Notes under the pieces: generated by a model | The model's input: only the letters and a program-made list of their open reading frames with translations | Database searches by the model: none | What the model was told of the DNA's origin: nothing | Made by a program: the position numbers and the translations under genes | DNA from: Octopus bimaculoides | Taxonomy: Eukaryota | Assembly: GCF_001194135.2 (NCBI RefSeq) | Contig: NC_069007.1 | Location: 20,280,106 to 20,331,594, forward strand | DNA: 51,489 nt | Direction: 5' to 3' | Shown: positions 1-13,964 of the stretch, in pieces | How the letters are laid out: every line of letters starts with the position of its first letter | Position numbering within the stretch: the first letter of the stretch is position 1

Positions 1-1500
1 GGGAATCGAAACCGTGATCCTATGACCGTGATTCCGCTGCCCTAACCACTGGGCCATTGCGCCTCCATGGCAGAACCGTTACCGCGACGGAAAAATGTTT
101 GGAGGCATTTCTTCCGACTTAACGTTCTAATGTCAAATGCCGACGGGTTTGAATTTGCTTCTCAAGCTTTCGGGGCAATGACGTAAATGCCTTTTAAACA
201 CTGTGGTCGATGTATTTGACTTGCATCCTTTCCCACAATGAATATGTTGAAGGAAAATTTGTTAGAAGTGTTTTTACATGAATTTTAAAGGCACCAACAT
301 TTCCTGGAATCCATTTCCACTCGCTCAAAAGTAATCAATCTGAATCATTATTTGCCTCAGTTGACTGCGGTCATGCTTGGGACACTGCTTAGTTCAACAT
401 ATCGAATCCCATGTGGGAAGTGTCTGATGATTGTGCTGAGACACCAGACGTGTTATAAAACAATGTTTGGCATGTTTTCAGCACATGAAACTAATAGTAT
501 CACATAAAATATATATATTGCGTTTATTAAATAATATTTATCTCTCACCAGATGGAGTACTTTTTGTTGATCTTACCATCATGAAACAGTAAACTCTGTC
601 TGTGTATGTGTGTGTGTGTGTGGTGTAGGAGTTAAATGGTATATAGCATTTGTTTATCAAGTGGCTGGTCAGGATACGGTGAAATACGGAGGTGTGTGAA
701 GGTAAAGGGGAAGGGGATGAATGGGACATGGTATTGTAAGGCTATTTTCTGTCACAATTTCAAAGCCGAAAGGTTTGAACGTGTAGATAATGTTCTTTNN
801 NNNNNNNNNNNNNNNNNNNNNNNNNNNNNNNNNNNNNNNNNNNNNNNNNNNNNNNNNNNNNNNNNNNNNNNNNNNNNNNNNNNNNNNNNNNNNNNNNNNN
901 NNNNNNNNNNNNNNNNNNNNNNNNNNNNNNNNNNNNNNNNNNNNNNNNNNNNNNNNNNNNNNNNNNNNNNNNNNNNNNNNNNNNNNNNNNNNNNNNNNNN
1001 NNNNNNNNNNNNNNNNNNNNNNNNNNNNNNNNNNNNNNNNNNNNNNNNNNNNNNNNNNNNNNNNNNNNNNNNNNNNNNNNNNNNNNNNNNNNNNNNNNNN
1101 NNNNNNNNNNNNNNNNNNNNNNNNNNNNNNNNNNNNNNNNNNNNNNNNNNNNNNNNNNNNNNNNNNNNNNNNNNNNNNNNNNNNNNNNNNNNNNNNNNNN
1201 NNNNNNNNNNNNNNNNNNNNNNNNNNNNNNNNNNNNNNNNNNNNNNNNNNNNNNNNNNNNNNNNNNNNNNNNNNNNNNNNNNNNNNNNNNNNNNNNNNNN
1301 NNNNNNNNNNNNNNNNNNNNNNNNNNNNNNNNNNNNNNNNNNNNNNNNNNNNNNNNNNNNNNNNNNNNNNNNNNNNNNNNNNNNNNNNNNNNNNNNNNNN
1401 NNNNNNNNNNNNNNNNNNNNNNNNNNNNNNNNNNNNNNNNNNNNNNNNNNNNNNNNNNNNNNNNNNNNNNNNNNNNNNNNNNNNNNNNNNNNNNNNNNNN

Positions 1501-1534
<34 letters not shown>

Positions 1535-1667
1535 TAGGAAGAGAGAGAGAGAGAGAGAACTAGGAAGAGAGAGAGAGAGTGAGAGAGCACTAGCAAGAGA
1601 GAAAGAGATTGATCTCTAGCAAGAGAGAATAAGAGAGAGAGTGGGAGAGAGAGTGGGAGAGAGAGAA

Positions 1668-1700
<33 letters not shown>

Positions 1701-2121
1701 TAGATAGAGAGAAAGAGATGATTTGATGTGATTAAGTCTGTCCGCTCTAATGGTTTCTCCATTGTTTTGTTCCACAAAAACTGAAGAAAACAAAATTAAC
1801 GACCGCGAAATACGATTTTAGTTTGTTTCAGTCGCTGCTCCGGGACGCTTCGCTTTTGCTGTTGTTGTTGTTGTTGTTTTAGCTTATTCTTAGACTTGTC
1901 TGACATATATGGTGTTTTTATCTTTCTTTTTACTTGTTTCGGTCGTTTGACTTGCGGCCATGCTGGAGCACCGCCTTCAAGAATTTTAAGCCCGAAACGA
2001 ATCGGTCCGCACCAGTCACTTAGCATTTTCGTAAACTTCCTACTTATTCCATCGGTCTCTTTTGCCGAGCCGCCAGTTCACGGGGACGTAAACACACCAA
2101 CACCAGTTGTCAAGCAATGGT

Positions 2122-2199
<78 letters not shown>

Positions 2200-2610
2200 G
2201 ACCCAAGTACTTTTTTTTTCACCACTGCTTGACAACCGATGTTGGTGTGTTTATGTCCCTGTACACTAGCGGTTCGGCAAAAGAAACCTTTANNNNNNNN
2301 NNNNNNNNNNNNNNNNNNNNNNNNNNNNNNNNNNNNNNNNNNNNNNNNNNNNNNNNNNNNNNNNNNNNNNNNNNNNNNNNNNNNNNNNNNNNNNNNNNNN
2401 NNNNNNNNNNNNNNNNNNNNNNNNNNNNNNNNNNNNNNNNNNNNNNNNNNNNNNNNNNNNNNNNNNNNNNNNNNNNNNNNNNNNNNNNNNNNNNNNNNNN
2501 NNNNNNNNNNNNNNNNNNNNNNNNNNNNNNNNNNNNNNNNNNNNNNNNNNNNNNNNNNNNNNNNNNNNNNNNNNNNNNNNNNNNNNNNNNNNNNNNNNNN
2601 NNNNNNNNNN

Positions 2611-2985
2611 ATTTCGTCTGCCGCTACGTTCTGAGTTCAAATTCCGCCGAGGTCGACTTTGCCTTTCATCCATTTCGGAGTCGATAAATTAAGTACCAGT
2701 TACACACTGGGGTCGATGTAATCGACTTAATCCCTATGTCTGTCTATGTTTGTCCCCTCCATGTTTAGCCCCTTGTGGGCAATAAAGAAATAAGAATCGT
2801 TAGAACGCCGGGCGAAATGCTTAGGGGTATTTCGTCTTTCTATATGTTCTGAGATCAAATTCCACCGAGGTCGACTTTGCCTTTCATCCTTTCGGGGTCG
2901 ATAAATTAAGTACCAGTTGCGTACTGAAGTCGATCTAATCGAGAAGCCCCCTCCACCAAAATTTCCGGCCTTGTGTCTGTAGTAG
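2611..2985 (+). mobile_element. Family-C SINE, two tandem copies. Others at about 68-180, 4830-5015, 17795-18190, 32180-32340, 35060-35250, 37120-37355, 38800-38935, 44670-44815, 46560-46715
   Basis: Recurrent gttctgagttcaaattccgccgaggtcgactttgcctttcatcctttcggggtcgataaattaagtaccag, preceded by a tRNA-like head (ggcagaa..gttagcacgcc..gaaatgcttag). Confidence 0.85.
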
Positions 2986-5608
2986 AAAATATCGTTGCTT
3001 TTACTTCCGTGTAAGTGTCGTGTATTTCCGTGTCTCATCGTTTGTTTCCGTCGAGTGTCGTGTGTTTGCTTCTGTTTATTTGTACAAGCAACGCAGGAAC
3101 AATAGCCAGGAGATGGTCCCTGAGGGAGAGAGCTATAAAACTGTAAATAGTAGCATATTGAGGGAGCGTGAGGGGGACAACAATGCATTAAATGAAGAGA
3201 GGCATGACATGCTGAGAGGTGGTGGTGGCGGTGGTGGTGGTGATGGAGGTGGTGGCGGAACTGATGGCGGTGGTGACGGCGGTTGGGTATATATATATGT
3301 CTGAGCGTGTGGTAAGGTGGAGGAAGGAGGGGGTGGCTCTGAAGTCCGCGATATGGTGGTGGTGGTGGTGGTGGTGATGGAGATAGTGGTGGTGGTGGAA
3401 CTGNNNNNNNNNNNNNNNNNNNNNNNNNNNNNNNNNNNNNNNNNNNNNNNNNNNNNNNNNNNNNNNNNNNNNNNNNNNNNNNNNNNNNNNNNNNNNNNNN
3501 NNNNNNNNNNNNNNNNNNNNNNNNNNNNNNNNNNNNNNNNNNNNNNNNNNNNNNNNNNNNNNNNNNNNNNNNNNNNNNNNNNNNNNNNNNNNNNNNNNNN
3601 NNNNNNNNNNNNNNNNNNNNNNNNNNNNNNNNNNNNNNNNNNNNNNNNNNNNNNNNNNNNNNNNNNNNNNNNNNNNNNNNNNNNNNNNNNNNNNNNNNNN
3701 NNNNNNNNNNNNNNNNNNNNNNNNNNNNNNNNNNNNNNNNNNNNNNNNNNNNNNNNNNNNNNNNNNNNNNNNNNNNNNNNNNNNNNNNNNNNNNNNNNNN
3801 NNNNNNNNNNNNNNNNNNNNNNNNNNNNNNNNNNNNNNNNNNNNNNNNNNNNNNNNNNNNNNNNNNNNNNNNNNNNNNNNNNNNNNNNNNNNNNNNNNNN
3901 NNNNNNNNNNNNNNNNNNNNNNNNNNNNNNNNNNNNNNNNNNNNNNNNNNNNNNNNNNNNNNNNNNNNNNNNNNNNNNNNNNNNNNNNNNNNNNNNNNNN
4001 NNNNNNNNNNNNNNNNNNNNNNNNNNNNNNNNNNNNNNNNNNNNNNNNNNNNNNNNNNNNNNNNNNNNNNNNNNNNNNNNNNNNNNNNNNNNNNNNNNNN
4101 NNNNNNNNNNNNNNNNNNNNNNNNNNNNNNNNNNNNNNNNNNNNNNNNNNNNNNNNNNNNNNNNNNNNNNNNNNNNNNNNNNNNNNNNNNNNNNNNNNNN
4201 NNNNNNNNNNNNNNNNNNNNNNNNNNNNNNNNNNNNNNNNNNNNNNNNNNNNNNNNNNNNNNNNNNNNNNNNNNGAATGTAACACAAAAGTTGGCGTACG
4301 TTTCTATTAACTAACACAGGTAGTTCAAATCCTACGAGTTCGTAAGGGAAACACTTCCCCTGTACAAAACTATTACTACTCAACATAACCTCTCCATCAC
4401 AAGCGATGCATTTGCGCCATCGCTGAACCCAACTCTGGAATCGTTGTTGTAAAAAAAAAAAAAAAATCCAAGTGTGAATTATTCTAATTAATTCTAATTA
4501 ATTTATTATTAATTAGTTCGTCCGTCGTTGTTGATGATGACAAAGGGCATTACATAAGAGCAGAAAGCGGGGCACGTTTTGTCCGGATGGGGCCAAATAT
4601 TTCGTTTCCTGCTCTGAAGGCTCTACCGTAGATCGGACAATGGTGATCTGTTTTCGCTGATTGTGTTTTGTCTTGAAAGGTTTAGACTTCGGTGAAATGT
4701 TTGGGAAATATAATCATCACAGCTGTTAGTAAAATGAAATACCAATCAATTACTTCTGAACCTGACAAGTGTGAGTAAGAAAAATTGAAAGTTACTAATG
4801 ATGAATTCTGATTTCAAAATTTTGGCACAAGGCCAGCAAGTTCGGCTGGGGTGGAGGATAAGTCGATTATCCTCGACATCGACCAAGTACTTATTTTATC
4901 GACCCCGAAAGGACAAAAGGCAAAACAGACCTTGACGGAATTTGAACTCAGAACGTAAAGACGGGACGAAATGCCGCTATACGATTCTGCCAGCCCTCCG
5001 CATTTCGCCGCTCCTTTATATATATATATACATATATATATATANNNNNNNNNNNNNNNNNNNNNNNNNNNNNNNNNNNNNNNNNNNNNNNNNNNNNNNN
5101 NNNNNNNNNNNNNNNNNNNNNNNNNNNNNNNNNNNNNNNNNNNNNNNNNNNNNNNNNNNNNNNNNNNNNNNNNNNNNNNNNNNNNNNNNNNNNNNNNNNN
5201 NNNNNNNNNNNNNNNNNNNNNNNNNNNNNNNNNNNNNNNNNNNNNNNNNNNNNNNNNNNNNNNNNNNNNNNNNNNNNNNNNNNNNNNNNNNNNNNNNNNN
5301 NNNNNNNNNNNNNNNNNNNNNNNNNNNNNNNNNNNNNNNNNNNNNNNNNNNNNNNNNNNNNNNNNNNNNNNNNNNNNNNNNNNNNNNNNNNNNNNNNNNN
5401 NNNNNNNNNATATATATATGAGAATGTTTCAACCTGTTGTTTGTATTGAATATACAGAGGTGTTTCTAGTAAAGGTTTAGTCCCGAAAAACTTATTAATA
5501 ACATGGCAGCAGTGTTCTTGGAGTTGTTATTAAGTGCCTTCTGTTAATCCAACAAAACAGATAATACGGTAAGGGTATTGAAGGAGGAGTACTAGAAATC
5601 TAGCCGTG

Positions 5609-5639
<31 letters not shown>

Positions 5640-5781
5640 GTACGACTGTATGTATATGTATGTATTGTATGTATGTGTGTGCGTATGTATGTATGTGTGT
5701 GTATGTATATATGTATGTTTATATGTATGTGTGTGTGTATGCATGTATGTATGTATATGTATGTATGCGTGTATACATGTA

Positions 5782-5853
<72 letters not shown>

Positions 5854-6328
5854 TATACACGTAGATATACATAAATACGAACACGTGCAGACACACACAC
5901 ACACACACATATATATAGATAGATAGACAGGCAGACAGATAATCAGATGGACAGACAGACTGACAGATAGAAAGATAGATATATTGATAGATAGATACAT
6001 GCATACATACATACATATATAGGCAACTGGGTAGATTGAAGAATAGATAGATAGATAAGTTATATAGCTAGATGTACATATATATATATATACATACGTA
6101 CAAGCATGTATACATACAACGTATAAGACCAGAGAATGTAGCATTGCGTCATATACATACATTATCTTAAACCTGCGAACAGGTAACATGAAATTTCGCT
6201 GTAATAACAGGAATTTTCTTCGCATGCATCTGTTTCGAAGAGTAATGGAACATATGGAGTTCTCACTCTGTTACGTCACTCATTACATGACCAGCACATC
6301 AAGAGGCACTTTATAAACACTGTGTGTG

Positions 6329-6366
<38 letters not shown>

Positions 6367-6569
6367 TATGTGTGTGTATGTGTGTGTACGTGCATGCGTG
6401 AGCGTGTATCTACAACTCCATTCTTCACGCAGACACAGGTGCACACACACACACACACACACATATATCCAAATATACATACCTACATACCTAACTTCAT
6501 ATATAAGTATAGAGATTTATATGCACATAGCTATATAACAATACGTGTGTGTGTGAGAGAGAGAGAGAG

Positions 6570-6629
<60 letters not shown>

Positions 6630-6890
6630 NNNNNNNNNNNNNNNNNNNNNNNNNNNNNNNNNNNNNNNNNNNNNNNNNNNNNNNNNNNNNNNNNNNNNNN
6701 NNNNNNNNNNNNNNNNNNNNNNNNNNNNNNNNNNNNNNNNNNNNNNNNNNNNNNNNNNNNNNNNNNNNNNNNNNNNNNNNNNNNNNNNNNNNNNNNNNNN
6801 NNNNNNNNNNNNNNNNNNNNNNNNNNNNNNNNNNNNNNNNNNNNNNNNNNNNNNNNNNNNNNNNNNNNNNNNNNNNNNNNNNNNNNNNNN

Positions 6891-6922
<32 letters not shown>

Positions 6923-8281
6923 TTTGAGAGGTATTAGTTGACCTGGGATTAGCGTGTTTAAACAGTTTAAATATGGATCTGATGAAACGAGTGACGATGA
7001 ACCTAGCGGTGAACTGATTCAGCAGTCAGCGAATGTAAACAGTTCAGATGTGGCTCTGTATGCAACATTGAAATATGAGTTTGTTTTAAAACTAAGAAGA
7101 GAAGTCATACAGTTTGAACAGAATCCTTTTCTAGTTTTGCTTTGTGTTATCTAACACCATGTGTTTCAATAGTTTCTTGTTGTAGTTGCATGTTCAGTTA
7201 CCGGAAATAGTTTATGTCTGTTCAAAAATCGGAGACAACCTTCGTTGTTTCCATATAGATTTAGAAATGCTTTTATTCATTCATATGTATTTGTATTTTC
7301 AAGGGTTTGGAGACCCAAATAAATATTTCTTTATGGTGAGTCAACGTTTCATACATTTCGTACTCTGTAATTGGAGGCTTCCTTCACGTTACGGAATTGC
7401 TACATTCCTAAACAAAATATGCATCAACGTGCAATTCCGTGACGTGAAACCTATTTTCTTCCATGGACTACCATGGAAGTCAATGAGAAAATAGATTTCA
7501 GGAGTTGTCTGCGTTTGTAATTATTAATGCTTGTTTCTTATTGGGTTTGATTCATGCTGTGTTCTGATTTTTTTGTTAATACATGCTGCGTCCTCACCGA
7601 AACATGTTACTATTTTCTACAGCCAGAGTTCATTTCGTAAATAAAAATACACACTCTGTGTGGTTTAGTTGTTTTTATGTTATCTGTTATATTTATCATG
7701 TTGCAGTTGTTTCTTTAGTTTACAATATCTTGTTCTACTGTGTGGATACACAACCATCATGGCGTAGCGGAGTTTTGTTTTCTATTACGCTCTCTATATA
7801 TTACATCATTCGTGGAAAACAATTTAAAAACTCTTCAGCTTTGTAACTGCGGCTCGGCTTTGTTGGCGGAAATCCAGGATCAAAAGAAAATAAGGTTTTC
7901 CTTTCTAATATACGTTAGTGTTTGACTTGAAAAAATCTTAGCTGCTATTTCTTGCACAACAAGTGAGTTGTTGATAGTTGGGGCATCCTACATCAATGTG
8001 GGCATTCGTTCTCGTCTGCATATNNNNNNNNNNATGTGTGTATGTACAGCACGCATACATGGGTATACATTCGTGTGTGTACACATGTATGCAGCTACAG
8101 GTATGTTTACTAGTAATTCATTTCCCAAGATTTATGCATAATTCTATCTGTGCGTGTGCATATGCACACATACACGCATGTATGTGTCCATGTATGTATG
8201 TATGTATGTATGTATGTATACATGCACACATGTCCATATTAATATATATGCATTTATTTATGAATTTAGATATATACATAC

Positions 8282-8355
<74 letters not shown>

Positions 8356-9183
8356 GCATATATACATATATATACATGCATATATACATATGTATATACA
8401 TCTATATATTTCCATATATCTATACGCATATAATTATATGAAGACAAACATACGCATACACATGTATACATACATATATACATAAATATACATACATACA
8501 TATATATATATAATTTTATGCACACATGTATACACTTACATACAAACTCACACTTACTTTCTCTCTCTCACACACACACATACACGTATGCTTATACACA
8601 CACACACACACACATAATATACACACACGACACAATACATAATTTACGAAATGCAAGAGCTGCCATAGTTTGTGGCAAGTAACCTAAGAACGGCTTCCCT
8701 TCTATTCAAGCTGCTTTTTTTAAACCTCAGGTTACGCCAAGCATTACCTGATGCCAGTGAAGCACAACCCGCTCTTTAGTATGCAATCATAAACACATGT
8801 TACAAATTATAGTCTATCAGAAGCTAACTATCCATCTCTCTACCCACGGTTAGTGTGAAAGCCCCAACGAATATCTCCTCTTCCTCGCAAAACACACAAA
8901 ACACACACAACACATACGTTTGTCAGAAGTATCCTTTAAATACAGTCTAATGGGAAAATCGTCTTTTCGTTCTGCATTTGAAAATATTATATATTATGTA
9001 TATATATGTATATATATATATATATATATATNNNNNNNNNNNNNNNNNNNNNNNNNNNNNNNNNNNNNNNNNNNNNNNNNNNNNNNNNNNNNNNNNGTGT
9101 GTGCGTCTGTGTGTGTATGAATGTATATATATATATATATATATATACGTGTGTGTGTGTATATACATGCACATGTATATATA

Positions 9184-9229
<46 letters not shown>

Positions 9230-9354
9230 CATACATACATATATATATACACATATATATATATGTATGTATGTATGTATGTATAATAGTATGTTCCTCA
9301 GAGTACATCAAGATTGCATTGTGAAGTAAAAATTTCCGAAACGTCTCAGTAAAC

Positions 9355-9540
9355 TACGGTTAACTTAAATTAGTTACTCCCACTCTTTATGGAGCATCCA
9401 CTCATCGCGGTTTCAAGCCCTGTCAAGAGCCTCCTCCACAACCAGACATAAGTCCTCCCCCACATTCCTCATCAAGTGAGATTTGATGCGTTTTCCTGTC
9501 TTGAAATGACAGGAGGAGACTGTTGTTAAGTCCCGGGGTG
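9355..9540 (-). mobile_element. Probable RTE LINE 3' end (ORF C-terminus plus short tail), opposite in orientation to the adjacent RT fragment
   Basis: Minus-strand translation GKRIKSHLMRNVGEDL..VEEALDRA*NRDEW resembles the RTE C-terminal W.R.V.EDL..EEA..A.DR.EW motif. Confidence 0.55.
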
Positions 9541-9599
9541 ACGGATTGATTGTAGACTTGCACAAGAGAGGAGCTCTAAGTGACTCCAACAACTGGTGT

Positions 9600-10030
9600 G
9601 GAATAACCTTGCTGGTTGTCTCAAGATGGCAGGTAATGAATATTTATGAGGGGAACAGGTGGGATTCAAGACCGGATGATTGTGCTCTGAACAAATTCTC
9701 ACATTGCGCAGGACCATCAAGCTGAGTCGAAAGTCCCAGCAGCCATTTGGAATCAGCTTCATCGACTTCAAGTAGGTCTTGCACAGGGAATCTCCATGGA
9801 ATGGGAGATTGTCGTCAGAACCAAATGTGGCGGTAACACAGAGATCTTAAACATTGTCATAGCGTGTGTCAGCGACGTGAATTGTCCTTTTTTTTTTTTA
9901 AATCTTGTTGGAAGGGGATTTGATCTTGAGGAGGTTCATGAGGGAACCAGGATATGGCACCAGATGGGGACAGAGAAGACCCACAGATCTTAACTTCGAC
10001 GATGTTTAGAGGCTCTTTAGCGTCAGATCT
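9600..10030 (+). mobile_element. Degenerate RTE-clade LINE reverse transcriptase fragment
   Basis: EQVGFKTG*LCSEQILTLRRTIKLSRKSQQPFGISFIDFK matches RT QxGFRxxRSCxxQIxTLR..FIDFxKAFD; a later TDLNFDDV matches DLDFADD. Contains stops and indels. Confidence 0.85.
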
Positions 10031-10757
10031 AAAATAATCTGAAGCATGACCACCAGTTTCAGCAATAACAGCTCAAATGTTAATCTTTGGATCATCGAGG
10101 AAAATAAAAGTGATATAAATCAATGCATGAATATATTAGAATATAAACTTGTTATACTGGTCCACAATTGAGTTTCTGAAAACTAATGCATTCATAAAGA
10201 CAACAACTGAACCCTGGACAGCCAGAAAATAAATTCAGATATATATAAACATATAAACAGTCCCATTACGGCGTCACTATATTTATTACGATAGCGATGG
10301 ACCTGGTTAGTATTGGTGTTGGTCGGAATTATCATAAAACCGTCCACATTTCATCGTTCTCCTTTAGCTAGATAAACATTAAACCTCATTCTACATTTCC
10401 CTGCAAAATATCAGCTTCTTTCTCTCTCGTTACGTGAAACCAAATCTTCAATTTTCTTTAAATCACAACTCACACACCCTCACCAACCCCTAGCAATATG
10501 GTGACACTCTTGCTTTTTATCCAGCTTCAATACATTTTTCAATTATGTTGCTGTACTGGGTATGCTTTTCGATGGCCTGTGTCAACGAAATTTTCTTTCC
10601 CAGCCGATGGGTAACACTTAAACAAGAACCTATTTCATGCATTCGCTCTAAATTAGATAAAATTAGACAATCAATTATATACAAAACGTTACAACGAACT
10701 GGGAGGTTGTGGAGTGTCAGGGTTAGGTTCCAAATTCACACAAGTCACGTATACACG

Positions 10758-10840
<83 letters not shown>

Positions 10841-11046
10841 GAGAGAGAGAGAGAGAGAGATGCATATAAATGTATAAGAAGGTGTGTGTATGTATATACA
10901 TACATATATATATATATATATGTATGTATGTATGTATATGTATACATATATAGATGCATATAAATGTATATGAATGTGTGTATGTATATATATATATATA
11001 TGTATACATATATATATATACATATATATATAAATATATATATACA

Positions 11047-11200
11047 TGTTTTTCTCCTTGTCTCCGTATTCTTTCTGTTGAAGAGCGTAGCTCGAAACGT
11101 CAAAGACTTTCCGTATTCCCGAGCGTCATACTAATATATACTTTTGTTATTTACACCACCTGTCCTCGTCTGTTGTTATTTTTTGTATATTCTCCCATAT
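11047..11200 (+). repeat. ~150-bp dispersed repeat carrying a hammerhead-like motif, copy 1
   Basis: Near-identical to 40186-40338; flanked by (TA)n on both sides; contains TCTTT-CTGTTGAA-GAGCGTAGCTC-GAAACGTC-AAAGA. Confidence 0.85.
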
Positions 11201-11315
11201 ACATATATATATATATGTATATATACATAAATATATATATACATGTATGTATACATATATGTATGTACATGTATGCCAACATGCATACACGCATATATGT
11301 GTGTGTGTTTGTCCT

Positions 11316-11369
<54 letters not shown>

Positions 11370-11835
11370 CGTTGTAGTTCGCTTGAAGCATTGTAAAAAC
11401 GAAGAAGGAAAAAGAGAGAAATTAGCAAGCTTCTGGCAATGCGGTAAGTTTTAGGAATCTTTTATATTTCAGGTGCAAAAAGCCTTCTTCAGAAGAAAAA
11501 CAGTCTGAAAGATGTCTCGCTATGTGGGTTCCGTTAACCCATTCAAATTCCCAACATGTATGTATATGTCTATATATATATATACACATACACACACTCA
11601 CAGCGCGCGCGCACTCATGCATATATACAAATACNNNNNNNNNNNNNNNNNNNNNNNNNNNNNNNNNNNNNNNNNNNNNNNNNNNNNNNNNNNNGTATAT
11701 GTACATTTATTTGCAAGCACACACACACACATATATATATGTATGTATATGCATATATATGTATGTATACAGACACGACACAGGGTGAGTGGGGGGGGGG
11801 GCTTACGTATGTACTGGATACATATCCACATTCAT

Positions 11836-11871
<36 letters not shown>

Positions 11872-11942
11872 CACTTATACATGTATATATGTATATAAAC
11901 ATATATATATAAATATATACATACATATATATATGTCTGTGC

Positions 11943-11978
<36 letters not shown>

Positions 11979-12130
11979 NNNNNNNNNNNNNNNNNNNNNN
12001 NNNNNNNNNNNNNNNNNNNNNNNNNNNNNNNNNNNNNNNNNNNNNNNNNNNNNNNNNNNNNNNNNNNNNNNNNNNNNNNNNNNNNNNNNNNNNNNNNNNN
12101 NNNNNNNNNNNNNNNNNNNNNNNNNNNNNN

Positions 12131-12190
<60 letters not shown>

Positions 12191-13858
12191 ATCACACACA
12201 CAAACACATATTTATATATACTTACGGAGAGAAAAGAAACAGAAAGACAAAGAAAATGGGACCCACACATAAACGTACACATCATACATACGTACATACA
12301 TACATTCATACATACATACCTTTCCTTCACTTTTTGTTTGAGGGTTTTCAAATAGATGACATATTTGTACAGTTGAATCTTGGTTGAGCTTCAGTTTTTG
12401 GAAGTTAAAACCAACTGGAATGTCTTCTGGAAATTTCTTTTGACAGACAACAACATTCTTACAATTTAGCAGGTGCACCCAGAGCAATGGGGTGTGTATG
12501 TGTGTGTGTGTGGCAAGAATTACCTCATGCACAAAGAGTCACACACACACACACATACATACATACACATACATACACACACACATACATGCACACACAC
12601 ACGCATACATGCATTTAGACACATACACATACACACATTCACACACACACATATACAAACATACACACACACATACACACATACATAAACACACCCATAC
12701 ACACATATACACTCACACACATTCACACACATACACACATACATACAAACACACATACACACATACATAAACACACACATACACATATACACTCACACAC
12801 ACACTCATACACACGCGCACACACACACAGACACACACACACACACGCACTGTTTACTTTATTGTCGCCCCTTTGCTTGTTGTGTTTACATTATATTGCA
12901 ATTTTTTTCTGGATATTTTTGTTTTTTTTATTCTTTTGCCAGAGGTCAGGAGGAGGTTGGTGGAAAGAAAGCGAAAATGACACTCGTAACAACAACAACC
13001 ACAACAACAACAATAATAATGNNNNNNNNNNNNNNNNNNNNNNNNNNNNNNNNNNNNNNNNNNNNNNNNNNNNNNNNNNNNNNNNNNNNNNNNNNNNNNN
13101 NNNNNNNNNNNNNNNNNNNNNNNNNNNNNNNNNNNNNNNNNNNNNNNNNNNNNNNNNNNNNNNNNNNNNNNNNNNNNNNNNNNNNNNNNNNNNNNNNNNN
13201 NNNNNNNNNNNNNNNNNNNNNNNNNNNNNNNNNNNNNNNNNNNNNNNNNNNNNNNNNNNNNNNNNNNNNNNNNNNNNNNNNNNNNNNNNNNNNNNNNNNN
13301 NNNNNNNNNNNNNNNNNNNNNNNNNNNNNNNNNNNNNNNNNNNNNNNNNNNNNNNNNNNNNNNNNNNNNNNNNNNNNNNNNNNNNNNNNNNNNNNNNNNN
13401 NNNNNNNNNNNNNNNNNNNNNNNNNNNNNNNNNNNNNNNNNNNNNNNNNNNNNNNNNNNNNNNNNNNNNNNNNNNNNNNNNNNNNNNNNNNNNNNNNNNN
13501 NNNNNNNNNNNNNNNNNNNNNNNNNNNNNNNNNNNNNNNNNNNNNNNNNNNNNNNNNNNNNNNNNNNNNNNNNNNNNNNNNNNNNNNNNNNNNNNNNNNN
13601 NNNNNNNNNNNNNNNNNNNNNNNNNNNNNNNNNNNNNNNNNNNNNNNNNNNNNNNNNNNNNNNNNNNNNNNNNNNNNNNNNNNNNNNNNNNNNNNNNNNN
13701 NNNNNNNNNNNNNNNNNNNNNNNNNNNNNNNNNNNNNNNNNNNNNNNNNNNNNNNNNNNNNNNNNNNNNNNNNNNNNNNNNNNNNNNNNNNNNNNNNNNN
13801 NNNNNNNNNNNNNNNNNNNNNNNNNNNNNNNNNNNNNNNNNNNNNNNNNNNNNNNNNN

Positions 13859-13893
<35 letters not shown>

Positions 13894-13916
13894 ACTCACA
13901 CACATACATGCATACT

Positions 13917-13964
<48 letters not shown>

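Noticed and set aside
7150-7270. Minus-strand LYGNNEGCLRFLNRHKLFP as a Merlin/ISXO2-like transposase start
   Set aside because: Resemblance too weak; the expected CxxC is absent and a stop follows soon after.
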